Assembly: GCA_963778115.1 (NCBI GenBank)
Contig: CAVZSV010000005.1
Span: 352,001 to 416,000, forward strand
Length of the DNA stretch: 64,000 nt
DNA from: an uncultured delta proteobacterium
GTDB lineage: Bacteria; Bdellovibrionota; FAC87; UBA2466
Direction: 5' to 3'
Positions within the stretch are counted from its first letter, which is position 1. Every line of letters begins with the position of its first letter. Shown piece after piece: positions 9,685-19,913 of the stretch. The notes beneath the pieces are model-generated. The model was not told the DNA's origin and did no database searches. It saw only the letters and a list, made by a program, of their open reading frames with translations. A program made the translations under genes and the position numbers.

Positions 9685-11078
9685 TTTTCAACACCCTGTT
9701 TTTCCAAAGCATCAAAAGCCTCCGTCAAGATAGTAACCACTTCATCAACCGTCGATTTATCGATCGTCATCGCGGGCTGAATTCGAAAAGAGGCGGCATA
9801 GGACATCGATAGTAGCCCGCGCTTTAAGCACTCTTGAAAAAGCCGTGTCGTAACGCGATTAGGTAAGGGCTCTTTCGATGTTTTGTCCCGAACCAGCTCC
9901 ATTCCCATGAAAAGGCCGGAGCCACGCACCTGCCCCACGAAATGGTAACGATCCGCAAAGGGTTTTAACTTTTCGAGGAAGTAATTTCCCACAACGCGAC
10001 TATTGGTGACCAGATCCTCGCTCTCGATAATATCCACGGCGGCAAGAGCCGCAGCCGCCCCCAATGGATTTCCGCCGTAACTTGACGAGGAGCCCGATGG
10101 ATTTGACCAGGGCTTCGCGCGCGAAATCGTGTCCGTGGACATGACGGCACTAATCGGAAAGCCGCCACCAAATTGCTTACCCAAAGTCACGATGTCGGGA
10201 CTGACCCCTGAATGTTGCGAGCCCCAAAAACGGCCTGTTCTCCCGAAGCCAGTAATCATCTCATCCACAATAAGAAGCGCTTCAAATTCTTTTGCAACCT
10301 CATGAATCGCCGGTAGCCACTCTGGTGGCGGAATAATATTGCCGGCCGTTCCCTGCATTGGTTCCACAATAAAGGCAGCTATCTCTCCGGCGGATGCCAT
10401 CTTGACCTGTTTACGGGCCGCTTCGACACAAGCTAGCCCACAAGAAGGGTAGGTAGCCTTAACCGGACACCGGTAACAATCCGCATAGGGGACGACATGA
10501 CTTCCTGAAACCATGGGGCCTAAGTTGTCTTTGAATTTACTTCCCATGAGCGAAAGAGCACCCATCGTCTTTCCATGAAAGCCTCCCCAAAAACTAACGA
10601 ACTCGTATTTTCCCGAGTAGGACTTAGCAAGTCGTAATGCCGATTCCACCGCTTCAGCACCACTGGAATAAAGTTGAACTCGATGAACGTCTGCAGAAGG
10701 ACGACGCTCTGCCAGTTTCTCAAAAAGTTCCACTCTCGGTGAAGAGGAGAAGCTTCCGACTGAAGCTTTTTCCACTTGCTCCTGCAAGCGCTTCACAAAC
10801 ACAGGATGGCTATGGCCCAAGCCATTCACACCAATTCCGCCGATAATATCCAAGAAGGCATTTCCGTCGACATCCACCACTTGGCTACCCTTTGCGTAAT
10901 CGACGACAATTCCCGCTAAAATGGCGAAGTGCTGAAGACCGGGAGCTAAATGCTCGTCCTCTTTTTTTCTGAGGGAGGTACTTAAAGGGCCCGGGATCTC
11001 CGTTTTGAGGAGGGCCTTTTGGTGTTTCGGTTGGTGAGAATCCATAGAAAGACTAATAGCAGGTCCCGAAGGACTCAT
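9681..11078 (-). CDS. Class III PLP-dependent aminotransferase
   Basis: DVDGNAFLD, SGAEAVE, FHGKT, IVEPMQG, DEMITGFGRTG and PDIVTLGK motifs. Confidence 0.92.
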   Translation of the reverse strand: MSPSGPAISLSMDSHQPKHQKALLKTEIPGPLSTSLRKKEDEHLAPGLQHFAILAGIVVDYAKGSQVVDVDGNAFLDIIGGIGVNGLGHSHPVFVKRLQEQVEKASVGSFSSSPRVELFEKLAERRPSADVHRVQLYSSGAEAVESALRLAKSYSGKYEFVSFWGGFHGKTMGALSLMGSKFKDNLGPMVSGSHVVPYADCYRCPVKATYPSCGLACVEAARKQVKMASAGEIAAFIVEPMQGTAGNIIPPPEWLPAIHEVAKEFEALLIVDEMITGFGRTGRFWGSQHSGVSPDIVTLGKQFGGGFPISAVMSTDTISRAKPWSNPSGSSSSYGGNPLGAAAALAAVDIIESEDLVTNSRVVGNYFLEKLKPFADRYHFVGQVRGSGLFMGMELVRDKTSKEPLPNRVTTRLFQECLKRGLLSMSYAASFRIQPAMTIDKSTVDEVVTILTEAFDALEKQGVEN

Positions 11079-11950
11079 AAAAGAATATCGAGAGGCTCGT
11101 CTTCGGATCCGTCATCCGAGTGCTCCATGGGGAAGGTTGTTACCCGTCCACCACTGGATTTCCCGCTTCCCGATTCCCGCCTGCGGATTTCACGAGCAAC
11201 CTCTCGGAGTCTGAAGATGGCGGAGACATTGGCTAGTGTCGCTACCATTAATACGGCGAGTACCATTGGATATCCGACCGGAAATTCTCCAGGGGGCTCC
11301 CAATAGTGAATGGAAACGGAAGAAAGAGCGGCACCCAAAGTCAGATAGAGTGCCCTTTCGGGGCGTCTCATTAAGGTCCACGTCTGTTTGGAACCGACTC
11401 CTAAAGCCTCAGCCTTAGCGGTAGAGTAGCTCACCATGAAAGAGCCTGCCAGTGCCGCTATTGAGATGATAAGCATCCACGGCATCTCCCGATAATAGAT
11501 CGCAAGACCGCCTAGAAAAAAGAACTCCACATATCTGTCGACCGCGGCATCCAGTAATTCGCCCGCATCCGAAGCTTGTCCGGTCATCCGGGCCACCATA
11601 CCGTCCAAAGAGTCTAAGAGGGCGGAAGCGGTGGCCATCAACGAAGCATAGCCGAAATAACCGCAGAGAAGAAAACCTCCGGTGAGGAAGCCGAACCCCA
11701 ACGACATCCAAGAAAGCATATTGGGAGTACAGTTTAAAAAGACTAGTAATCTGGCTAAGGGCTGAAGGCTCCAGTACGTCATCTCCATCGTCCCTTTCGA
11801 GAGCAAAAAAGACGAACCCTGGCGATCGACCCTGTCAAAGTGAACGCGGCCTCTAAGACCCACGCGAAATGCATAGGCGATACCCACTACCGCAGCAACG
11901 CCAAACAGCGCTAAGGGGTTGATGAGATCATATTCCGCGAGTCTTTCCAT
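11075..11950 (-). CDS. CDP-alcohol phosphatidyltransferase (probable phosphatidylinositol-phosphate synthase)
   Basis: Signature DSLDGMVAR...G..LDAAVDR; TPN, MVSY..AKAE and RPER motifs; translationally coupled to MIPS. Confidence 0.88.
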   Translation of the reverse strand: MERLAEYDLINPLALFGVAAVVGIAYAFRVGLRGRVHFDRVDRQGSSFLLSKGTMEMTYWSLQPLARLLVFLNCTPNMLSWMSLGFGFLTGGFLLCGYFGYASLMATASALLDSLDGMVARMTGQASDAGELLDAAVDRYVEFFFLGGLAIYYREMPWMLIISIAALAGSFMVSYSTAKAEALGVGSKQTWTLMRRPERALYLTLGAALSSVSIHYWEPPGEFPVGYPMVLAVLMVATLANVSAIFRLREVAREIRRRESGSGKSSGGRVTTFPMEHSDDGSEDEPLDILL

Positions 11951-13320
11951 TAGGGGCGGTCCTCACTTCTGGGTGAAGTACTATCTCCTTCATCCACTCC
12001 GTAATAAGTAAGGCCTAAGTGATTAATCAACTCTTCATTCGTAAAGAAGCGAAGCGTGTTCTCCAGCTTTAGCAATTGAACGGAGAGATCGTGCTCCGGA
12101 AACAGATTGGGTTTCGTAAGAGGTGCCTTAAAGTAAAAGGACAGCCATTCTTGAATTCCTCGCATCCCGCTTCTGGCGGCAAGGTCCATGAAAAGGGCCA
12201 AGTCCAGAACGATGGGGGCGGCCAAAATGGAATCTCGGCAAAGGAAATTGATCTTAATTTGCATCGGGTATCCGAGCCATCCGAAAAGATCGATGTTGTC
12301 CCAGCCCTCTTTATTATCGCCTTTGGGCGGATAGTAATTGATGCGCACTAGATGGCAGAGATCTTTATACAGATCGGGATAACGCTCCCCATCTAAAATA
12401 TAGCGAAGCACTTCGGTCTTTGAGAGCTCTTTAGATTTGAAGGAGCCGGGATCATCCAACACTTCACCATCGCGATTTCCCAAGATATTGGTGCTAAACC
12501 AACCCGCAACGCCCAATTGCCGGTTACGTAATCCCGGGGCAACAATGGTCTTCATGAGGGTTTGACCCGTCTTAAAATCGGAACCACAGATGGGAACTCT
12601 CATCTCCTGAGCCAGCTCCTGAAGACAGGGCATCTCCACCGTCAAATGGGGTGACCCGTTGGCAAAAGGCACTCGCTCTTTAAGAGCGGCCCATGCATAA
12701 ATCTGGGCGGGTGAAATAGACGGATCGCTTTCCTTTAATCCAGCTTCAAAGCTGGCCAGGGTTTTATGAACCGCTGACGGAGGCGTATAGACTTCCGTAG
12801 AGGCACACCAAACCATTACCGCTCGGTCGCAGCCGTTATTTTTCTTAAAATTGCGAATATCGAGGCGCAGCTGTTCCCCTAAATCGTACTTGTTCTTGCC
12901 CTCTTTGATATTCGGGCCGAAGAGTTTTTTCACGTACTCTTGATCAAAGACAGCCGACATCGGAGTAATCTGACTCAGAGAATCCTTTAAAGTTTCAAGT
13001 AGTTGCTTATCTAAGACCTGCGCATGCACGGCCGCCTCGTAGGCGTTTTCCCCAAAGATATCCCAACCGCCAAAAACGAGTTGGTCCAGAGAAGCCAGCG
13101 GAACCAGATCTTTAACTTTCTTGTAACGCTTTTCGGTCCGCTTACCCAGCCTGACCTCTCCCATTTGAGTGTAAGAGCCGATAGGCTTTGCCAGCCCTCG
13201 TCTGACGGCTTCCACACCGGCAATAAAAGTCGTCGTGACGGCCCCCATTCCGACAGTCAAGACTGCCAGCTTCCCTTGGGGAGGGGAGATATTAATACTC
13301 TGACCGGTACTGGTGCTCAT
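11950..13320 (-). CDS. ino1: myo-inositol-1-phosphate synthase
   Basis: VFGGWD, WCASTE, ANGSP, GSDFKTGQT, NILGNRDG, GDNKEGWD and CRDSILAAP motifs. Confidence 0.95.
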   Translation of the reverse strand: MSTSTGQSINISPPQGKLAVLTVGMGAVTTTFIAGVEAVRRGLAKPIGSYTQMGEVRLGKRTEKRYKKVKDLVPLASLDQLVFGGWDIFGENAYEAAVHAQVLDKQLLETLKDSLSQITPMSAVFDQEYVKKLFGPNIKEGKNKYDLGEQLRLDIRNFKKNNGCDRAVMVWCASTEVYTPPSAVHKTLASFEAGLKESDPSISPAQIYAWAALKERVPFANGSPHLTVEMPCLQELAQEMRVPICGSDFKTGQTLMKTIVAPGLRNRQLGVAGWFSTNILGNRDGEVLDDPGSFKSKELSKTEVLRYILDGERYPDLYKDLCHLVRINYYPPKGDNKEGWDNIDLFGWLGYPMQIKINFLCRDSILAAPIVLDLALFMDLAARSGMRGIQEWLSFYFKAPLTKPNLFPEHDLSVQLLKLENTLRFFTNEELINHLGLTYYGVDEGDSTSPRSEDRP

Positions 13321-13366
13321 TTGCGATACCTTCCTCTGATACGTATTGGCTAAGATATTTACCATA

Positions 13367-13393
13367 GGCTTGCGAGTTAATCAGCCGCAAGCC
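13367..13393. other. Inverted repeat GGCTTGCG-N11-CGCAAGCC upstream of ino1
   Basis: Perfect 8-bp stem in the intergenic gap; function (operator or RNA hairpin) unknown. Confidence 0.35.
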
Positions 13394-13471
13394 CCCAATG
13401 AATTTCTCAACAATATCCTATTTAAAACCTAAAGTGGAGTTAGTCTAGTTTTCTCAAATTCGCAATTCGCA

Positions 13472-14575
13472 TTAGCTTGGGGGCGAAAATAGCGGCATTT
13501 CGCACCCACCCTCCTTTTCAGACCTATAAACCCCCTCGATTAGGGCTACACAACGGTAAGCCTCCAGGGTCTCCTGACTGACCGGCTCCCCCCTTAAGAT
13601 AGCCCCCCGGAACTGATCAAAGAGCGAATCAAACCATTGAACATGGCTGGCATCCATCCAATCGGAAGCGGCATCAATGGTCTCAGTGGTCCACGAGACC
13701 GCCCCTTGAGCAACGTCAGGACCCGAAGTCTTGTGCATGGTGGCCAACTCCACCGTATCGTCAATGGCGGTAATGGCCCCTTTTTCTCCCTGGATCGTGT
13801 AAATGACCTTGCGGACCCCGGCGGTCCAAGAAAGATGGACATGGGCCAGGCCCGTGGGGAACTTAAGGACGGCTGAAACATTGTCTTCCGTGTCGTACTG
13901 GTCGTTTAGTTTTTGCGCCCGGGACGACACTGCCGTCGGATAGCTCCCCAGCCAATCAAAGGTCAGATAAAACGTATGGCTGCCATGGTCCATCGCGATG
14001 CCACCACCGCTAATTCTCTTCTCCCGCCTCCAATGCGTGTTCCATTCCGGTACCCCTTTAGCGTGTGTGTTGCGGAAGGTATTAAGCGTTACCGATCTCA
14101 CCCGCCCAATTCGATCTTCATCGATAAGTTTGCGAATCGCCTTAACCACAGGCGCATGTTTGTAGTTGTGGCAAGGAAAGAGTACCCGTTTGGCTCGGGT
14201 GGCATGCTCCAAAAGGCCTTTGGCCTCTTCCAACGTCACCGTCAGAGGCTTTTCGCACAGCACGTGAAGGCCTCGATCTAAAGCAAGGTGCGCGATAGCC
14301 GCGTGATCACACGGGGGAGTCGCAATATCCACAAAATCTAAGTCTTGCCCCTGGGCTTCAAGAAGCTCGCTCGCACTGGAATAGATCTTCACTCCGGGCA
14401 GATCGCTTGCGGCTGCCTGGCAGCGGGCGGGACAGATATCGGCCACGGCTTGGATCTCCACATCGCCCCGCTCTTTCGACCTTTTTAGATATGCGGGGAG
14501 ATGCCCCCGAGAAGCGATGAATCCATACCCAATTACCGCTCCCTTAAGGGGCGCGTCGTTTAGGCCTTTTTCCAT
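13472..14575 (-). CDS. Gfo/Idh/MocA family NAD(P)-dependent oxidoreductase (inositol dehydrogenase-like)
   Basis: IGYGFIA, IATPP..H, HVLCEKP, GGGIAMDHGSH and DTED motifs. Confidence 0.92.
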   Translation of the reverse strand: MEKGLNDAPLKGAVIGYGFIASRGHLPAYLKRSKERGDVEIQAVADICPARCQAAASDLPGVKIYSSASELLEAQGQDLDFVDIATPPCDHAAIAHLALDRGLHVLCEKPLTVTLEEAKGLLEHATRAKRVLFPCHNYKHAPVVKAIRKLIDEDRIGRVRSVTLNTFRNTHAKGVPEWNTHWRREKRISGGGIAMDHGSHTFYLTFDWLGSYPTAVSSRAQKLNDQYDTEDNVSAVLKFPTGLAHVHLSWTAGVRKVIYTIQGEKGAITAIDDTVELATMHKTSGPDVAQGAVSWTTETIDAASDWMDASHVQWFDSLFDQFRGAILRGEPVSQETLEAYRCVALIEGVYRSEKEGGCEMPLFSPPS

Positions 14576-15570
14576 AACGTGGTCCTTGTCGGAGTTAGTC
14601 TTGCCCCTGTCCTGGCCCATGCCCCTGTCTTTTGAAAAATCCAGACCGGAGCGATAAGGCATAGAGGAATCAAAATCTGCAAAGCGTGATGAACGGTAGC
14701 TATGGCCAGCGCCTCTTCTAGCGGGACCCCAAACCGGGTGAGGGCAAATCCCATGGAGGCCTCGTAGGTCCCGATGTTAGCGAAAGAGACGGGAATGGCG
14801 ACCCCCAGATTAAGAACGAGCAAGGCACAGATGGCTTGCGCAAGTGAGCAAGAGACACTTTGACCCGAGCAAATCAGTTTTAAGACCGAAGCTTCGGCCA
14901 TCCATGCCGCCATCCCGAGAGCGGTCCCACGTAACAATTGGGGAGGATTTCGCAAAGCAACCAACCCGCTCCCTAACTGAATAAACTTCTGGCGAATCCA
15001 AAAGCCACGCTTCCCGCGTATTAACGCCACCGCGGCAAAGACCGTGACGATAATGAGTCCTGCCACTATCCCTTCCGATCGCGTGGGAAGTCTCCAGGAG
15101 GGAAGGCCTTCCCATAAAAGCCAAGAGGCAAAAAGGGCAACAGCGAGTAACAATGAGAGTAGATCGATCAACTTATCGGCGATAACCACTCCCGTAGTGC
15201 GAGCGACATCTTGACTTCCGGTATTCTTGCCTTTGAGCGCTAGAATTTTAACCACATCGCCGGCGCGAGCGGGGACAAAGGTGTTTACCGCCTGACCGGT
15301 CAAAAAAGCCCGGGCAACACGCACCCACCTGACAGGCTCCTTGGCGGGAAAAAGAGAGAACCAACGGGAAATCTGAAGAGCCACTTGAAGAGAAACTCCC
15401 ATTGCCGCGATGGCAATAAGCCACGGGCTAAATCTACTCAAAATGAGAAGCCACTTTTGAAAATTGAGGCCGGTGGCTCGGGAAAGAAAGAACAGACCCC
15501 CGCCCACCAGAATAACGCTCGCAACTGCGAGTCGCACAACGGGTGGCCGCTTGGGCGGAGTCTCCGCCAT
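14560..15570 (-). CDS. Lysylphosphatidylglycerol-synthase TM-domain (UPF0104, flippase-like) membrane protein
   Basis: RW, N..VPARAGDVVK and IP...ANIGTYE motifs. Confidence 0.8.
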   Translation of the reverse strand: MAETPPKRPPVVRLAVASVILVGGGLFFLSRATGLNFQKWLLILSRFSPWLIAIAAMGVSLQVALQISRWFSLFPAKEPVRWVRVARAFLTGQAVNTFVPARAGDVVKILALKGKNTGSQDVARTTGVVIADKLIDLLSLLLAVALFASWLLWEGLPSWRLPTRSEGIVAGLIIVTVFAAVALIRGKRGFWIRQKFIQLGSGLVALRNPPQLLRGTALGMAAWMAEASVLKLICSGQSVSCSLAQAICALLVLNLGVAIPVSFANIGTYEASMGFALTRFGVPLEEALAIATVHHALQILIPLCLIAPVWIFQKTGAWARTGARLTPTRTTLWKKA

Positions 15571-15571
15571 G

Positions 15572-16567
15572 TTAGACCACTCCGGAGTCAGAGGCCGTAA
15601 CGGGCGATAAGCCCACTTGCTGATTCGCCTTATTACCGGTACGAACGACTCCACCTCGAGATAGCGTCTTAATCATGCCCTTAACCGTCGTGAAAGGGGC
15701 GTTGTCCAACATGGAATCTCGGTAACAACAAAGAAGCGCACACCCCTCTTCACACCCTTTATAGGTGTGGTGGTAGTGTTCGAGATCTTCTCGGGTGTAT
15801 TCGGTAATGGGCTTATTGAGCTGTCCTCGAGTCGCCGAGCAGTACTGAACCATCCCAAATTCGTCGATGTAAAGAAAACGGGAACCGGCACGGCATTTCC
15901 ACTTCGGCTTTTTGCCTTCTAGAAGGGCTTTGCCATATTTGTACTCGATGAAAGTAAAAGGAGTGCCTTCATCAAAGTGGTGGTTCCATAGATCTAAATA
16001 TTCTTGTCCGCTTACCTGAATCATCCCCTTGTCGTCATGCAACAGATCGATAGCAATGAGAAACCCGTGCTTTCTGACCTCTTCTATCGTGGCCTTAAAA
16101 TCCGCCTTAGTCCGATCGCAAAGGACAAAATTCACGTGCACATCGAAAGTCGCTTTCGCCTTCAAAAGGGCCAACTTCGATGACAACGTTCTTAGCGTCT
16201 TTTGGATGTAGCCCGTTTTGTCGGGGCTAAGACCATCGATACTGATTTCGAGGTTACTAAGGCCTGCATCGGCCATTTTATGGATAAGTTCTTCGGTTAC
16301 TAAAAACCCATTGGTCGTTACCGAAACCTGTCCTTGGCGGTTCGCATAAGCGATAATCTCGGTAAGTTGCGGATGCATCAACGGCTCCCCCCCTAAAAGG
16401 GAGATATTGACCGTGTTCAATCGATGGATGGCGTCTATGCGCTCTTTGAGAGTATCCAAAGGAACCGGTGGGGAATAGTTGTCGTATTCCGTGCAATAAC
16501 CGCAAGTCAGATTACAGCGGCGAGTGATGATGAGCTGGGCTTCAAGAGGATTCTCTCCGGAATACAA
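15572..16567 (-). CDS. Radical SAM enzyme with SPASM/twitch-like C-terminus; true start probably 16604 across a 1-nt frameshift
   Basis: CNLTCGYC, GGEP, TTNG and ISIDG motifs; C-terminal CRAG...YC...CEEGC. Confidence 0.9.
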   Translation of the reverse strand: MYSGENPLEAQLIITRRCNLTCGYCTEYDNYSPPVPLDTLKERIDAIHRLNTVNISLLGGEPLMHPQLTEIIAYANRQGQVSVTTNGFLVTEELIHKMADAGLSNLEISIDGLSPDKTGYIQKTLRTLSSKLALLKAKATFDVHVNFVLCDRTKADFKATIEEVRKHGFLIAIDLLHDDKGMIQVSGQEYLDLWNHHFDEGTPFTFIEYKYGKALLEGKKPKWKCRAGSRFLYIDEFGMVQYCSATRGQLNKPITEYTREDLEHYHHTYKGCEEGCALLCCYRDSMLDNAPFTTVKGMIKTLSRGGVVRTGNKANQQVGLSPVTASDSGVV

Positions 16568-16822
16568 TGCCAGCTGCCGTTTTTAAAGGATTTTTAATCA
16601 GCATAGCGGGAGATATTACCTCAACGGAGCGCACTGTAAAGAGGATCCTGCCTTCCGCCAAAGAGGCCAACTACTTCGAATTAAAGGGGTGATCTGTAAA
16701 AATTGCCCGAATGGACGGTGAGCTAGTCCGATGAACCTTCCTATTTAATAAGAGCCCTAGTTCTATAGAGGCCTAGGAAAGTCTGTTTTACGAATCTGCT
16801 TCCTCGATTAAGCTAGAGGGGC

Positions 16823-17470
16823 ATGAAACTATCGCTTAGATCGCTTTTGTGGTTGTTTGTGGCTCCCTTTCTCTTAGTGGCCTCGTCCTCTAGAGGTTCC
16901 CAGGAGATTAACCCTATCTGTTTCGATTTCAATAGGCACAAACCCTATGTGACTCCCCTTAAGCCCCCCATCGCATTGTTACCTGATAAGGATAATTCCG
17001 AATCCGGGGAGTTTCCCGACAAGGTAGGGTGGGGATCCGCGCGCGGGGTTGTAGCAAAATCCATTAGCGAATTATATGAAAAGTTGTTGGACCACTATAC
17101 GTGGAAGCCGGCCGACAAGCATAAGCTGCAGGTAACCCCCGTCGTAAAGCCTGGATACCTTGAATTCCATGATTTAAAGGTCAATTTGCGACCCTTCGCT
17201 TTTATCTCCATCGATTGGGAAGAACAGTGGGCCTATGCCCTAGCGGGTGGCACCGTCACTAAGCCCCAGAAGATTGTAATCTCTTACCAAAAATCGGGCG
17301 GTTCCGACAAAATTGAAAAGATGTGTGGTTCCGTGACCCTTACTAAGATCTCACCCAAAGAGACGGACATCGCTTTTTATCAAGAGCTCAAAGCCTCCCA
17401 TCAGGACAAAGACGACATCGTGAAAGACGAACTCGGAACGTTAGAGACTTTACGGGGAAAGAAAAAGTAA
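16823..17470 (+). CDS. Secreted START/SRPBCC-like protein
   Basis: Signal peptide; helix-grip-like pattern (ARGVV.KSI..LY..L.D...GSVTL..ISP.ETDI...C-terminal helix); convergent with the MMPL gene. Confidence 0.45.
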   Translation: MKLSLRSLLWLFVAPFLLVASSSRGSQEINPICFDFNRHKPYVTPLKPPIALLPDKDNSESGEFPDKVGWGSARGVVAKSISELYEKLLDHYTWKPADKHKLQVTPVVKPGYLEFHDLKVNLRPFAFISIDWEEQWAYALAGGTVTKPQKIVISYQKSGGSDKIEKMCGSVTLTKISPKETDIAFYQELKASHQDKDDIVKDELGTLETLRGKKK

Positions 17471-17489
17471 TCCAAGAGGTAGCTTTTGA

Positions 17490-19913
17490 TTATTTCGAGC
17501 GAAGAACGAGATAAGCCGGCAGACTTAAGATCGCGGCCGCAAGGCAGGTAAACTCTCCTAAGATCGCAAGGTGACCGAAACTCACAAACGCGCGGTTACT
17601 TGCGATGAGAAGGGAACCATAGCCGATGATAGTCGTTAGGCTCGCTAACCCCACGGCACCACCGGTATTACGTATCGCTTTGAGGATGTCGCGTTTTCCG
17701 TCGAGACGGTAGCGCTGATAGATATTCGAGCCGTAATCGATTCCGATTCCAAAGGTAATCGGCAAAGCGATGAAGTTCAGAAAGTTAATTTTCCAGCCAA
17801 AGGCATACACGGCCGCCACTTGCCAGAGAACCCCAAGCACCAGGGCCAGAAGGACTTTGGTAACATCGCTAAAATTTCGGAATAGAAAGATTACAAGAAG
17901 GACTACAGCAAGAAACGCCACTCCGGTTGCAATCGGACCATCACGCTTAATCGCCTGATTCATATCGGCCGTAATTGGCAGATGGCCCACGACAGGAGCC
18001 CCTGGCTCGACGCTATCTACTAAGACTCGCACTTCGTTGACGAACTTTATTACCCGATCCCCTTCCCACGTCGCTTCGGTGGTGGGCGGTTCCAGAATAA
18101 CCATATTGCCCACGCTTCCGTCTTTTTCGCTAAATTGACGAATGACAAGCGGGGGCAAGTCTTTCTGCTCGAAGGTCTTGGTTTCCGTAGCCAGCAGCTG
18201 ATCTACCCATTTGCGATTTTCGGGAGAGATCTTCTTTAAATTTCTTGGGGGCAAGAGTCTGCGGATATCCTTAAGAAGCTTAATCTTTTCTGGCTGGTCA
18301 CCAGGCAAAAAGTCTTCAAAGGAATAAACCGATGTGATTAGACTGGTGGGCCCTTCTGCCTCTTTCTTTGCCTTTAAGCCATCAGCAATTTTTTTAGCGT
18401 GTTCTCGCGAATGGGTCAGAATGATAATAGGAGAAAGATTTCTTCGAAAAACTTCGTTGAGGTACTTACTCAAATATGCCGAACCGTTCTCCTGGCTTCG
18501 CCGATTTCCTAACTTTGAAAGATCAGTCTCGATAATCTCATGGTTTCTTTCCACAAAAAGAAGCGTCACTGAGGCCAGTGTTAAGACCACTGTCACGACC
18601 GTAATGGGCTTCGCCCATCGTCCTACCACTTGAGCGGTGAGCTTCGTCAGGGTCCCTTTGGGGGGACGACTTCTATTGAGCTTTAATCCCCGTCGGGAAG
18701 CGTCCATGATGGTGAGTAAAGCGGGAAGAGCGGTGTAGGCCGAGATCCAACAAAGGACCATTCCCATCAGACCGATGATGCCGAATTGCCGAAAACCTTG
18801 AAAGCCCGTCAGCATCAGCGATCCATAGGAAAGCCCCGCCGCTAAAGCCGCCACAATCGTCGCTTTGGAAGTAAAACGAGAGGAGAGAATCGTAGCGTAG
18901 GGATGGGTACGGCCACGACGTCTTTCTTCTAGATAACGAGCCAAATAGATAATTCCAAAATTAATACCGTTCCCCAGAACAATACTTCCCAGAAAAGCCG
19001 AGTTCGCATTGAGATAACCCACTACAAAGTAGGCTAGACCGAAGGTCCAAAGCGTTCCGATAATAAGGCTTCCTATTAGGGCAACGACGGCACGCTGACA
19101 CTGATAGAACGCGAGCATAGCGACGGTCACTAGGATTAGTACTACGATGGTGGACGTCTCAAGATCCTCAGTCAGCGCTTCGTACTCTTCGAGTAAGTCT
19201 TCCACTCCTCCGGTAAATTTCACCGTAAGATCGGGCGCAAAAGAGGTCGGTTTTAGGGAAGTGATAACTTTTTCTATGGCCCCCCGCAGTTGGTATCCTT
19301 TAGTAACGCCCGCAAGCTTTCCGGGAAGGTAGACTAGCATGATGTGAAGGGTCTCATCTGCATTGGCGTAATAGCCGTCGGGAAAGCGGGCAAAGCCAGT
19401 CGCTTTAGAATCGTATTTCTTTTCTAAACCTTTGATATCCAGCTTCGGCTCTTTCATCTTATCCGAGACGGGAAAGATGTTAAGAGGACTGTACATCTCC
19501 TTCTGGTAGTTAATGGTGTCTTTGATGTAGTTGCGGATAGCGACCAGATCAGGCGTGTCGATGTAGAGCCCTTGGCGTCGCTTAAAAAACTCCATCTCCT
19601 GCTTCACATGATACTCGATGGGCCCCACGATGCTGCGAGGCTGTTTCTCAAGGCCTGTGGCAACGGCTTCGACGAACCGGCGCCCGGCTTGGGTGTCTTT
19701 AGTGAAAACCAAAAGAGCGATGTAGTCGATCGAATCCACCCGCTCGGTCGCTTTTTTAAGATCGATAACACTTCGATCGGTAGTGGGAAGAAGCTCCTCG
19801 ATATCGGGCCGGAGATTCTTGTAGAGTTTTATGGTGTAATAGCCACCTATCAGTGCGAGAAGAAGCGAAATACCCAAGACCCAAGCGGCCCTTTTTAACG
19901 TGAGATGGGTCAT
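17490..19913 (-). CDS. MMPL/RND family lipid transporter (HpnN-like)
   Basis: Two 1+5 TM halves with GNGINFGI and GIGIDY motifs and large periplasmic loops. Confidence 0.9.
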   Translation of the reverse strand: MTHLTLKRAAWVLGISLLLALIGGYYTIKLYKNLRPDIEELLPTTDRSVIDLKKATERVDSIDYIALLVFTKDTQAGRRFVEAVATGLEKQPRSIVGPIEYHVKQEMEFFKRRQGLYIDTPDLVAIRNYIKDTINYQKEMYSPLNIFPVSDKMKEPKLDIKGLEKKYDSKATGFARFPDGYYANADETLHIMLVYLPGKLAGVTKGYQLRGAIEKVITSLKPTSFAPDLTVKFTGGVEDLLEEYEALTEDLETSTIVVLILVTVAMLAFYQCQRAVVALIGSLIIGTLWTFGLAYFVVGYLNANSAFLGSIVLGNGINFGIIYLARYLEERRRGRTHPYATILSSRFTSKATIVAALAAGLSYGSLMLTGFQGFRQFGIIGLMGMVLCWISAYTALPALLTIMDASRRGLKLNRSRPPKGTLTKLTAQVVGRWAKPITVVTVVLTLASVTLLFVERNHEIIETDLSKLGNRRSQENGSAYLSKYLNEVFRRNLSPIIILTHSREHAKKIADGLKAKKEAEGPTSLITSVYSFEDFLPGDQPEKIKLLKDIRRLLPPRNLKKISPENRKWVDQLLATETKTFEQKDLPPLVIRQFSEKDGSVGNMVILEPPTTEATWEGDRVIKFVNEVRVLVDSVEPGAPVVGHLPITADMNQAIKRDGPIATGVAFLAVVLLVIFLFRNFSDVTKVLLALVLGVLWQVAAVYAFGWKINFLNFIALPITFGIGIDYGSNIYQRYRLDGKRDILKAIRNTGGAVGLASLTTIIGYGSLLIASNRAFVSFGHLAILGEFTCLAAAILSLPAYLVLRSK

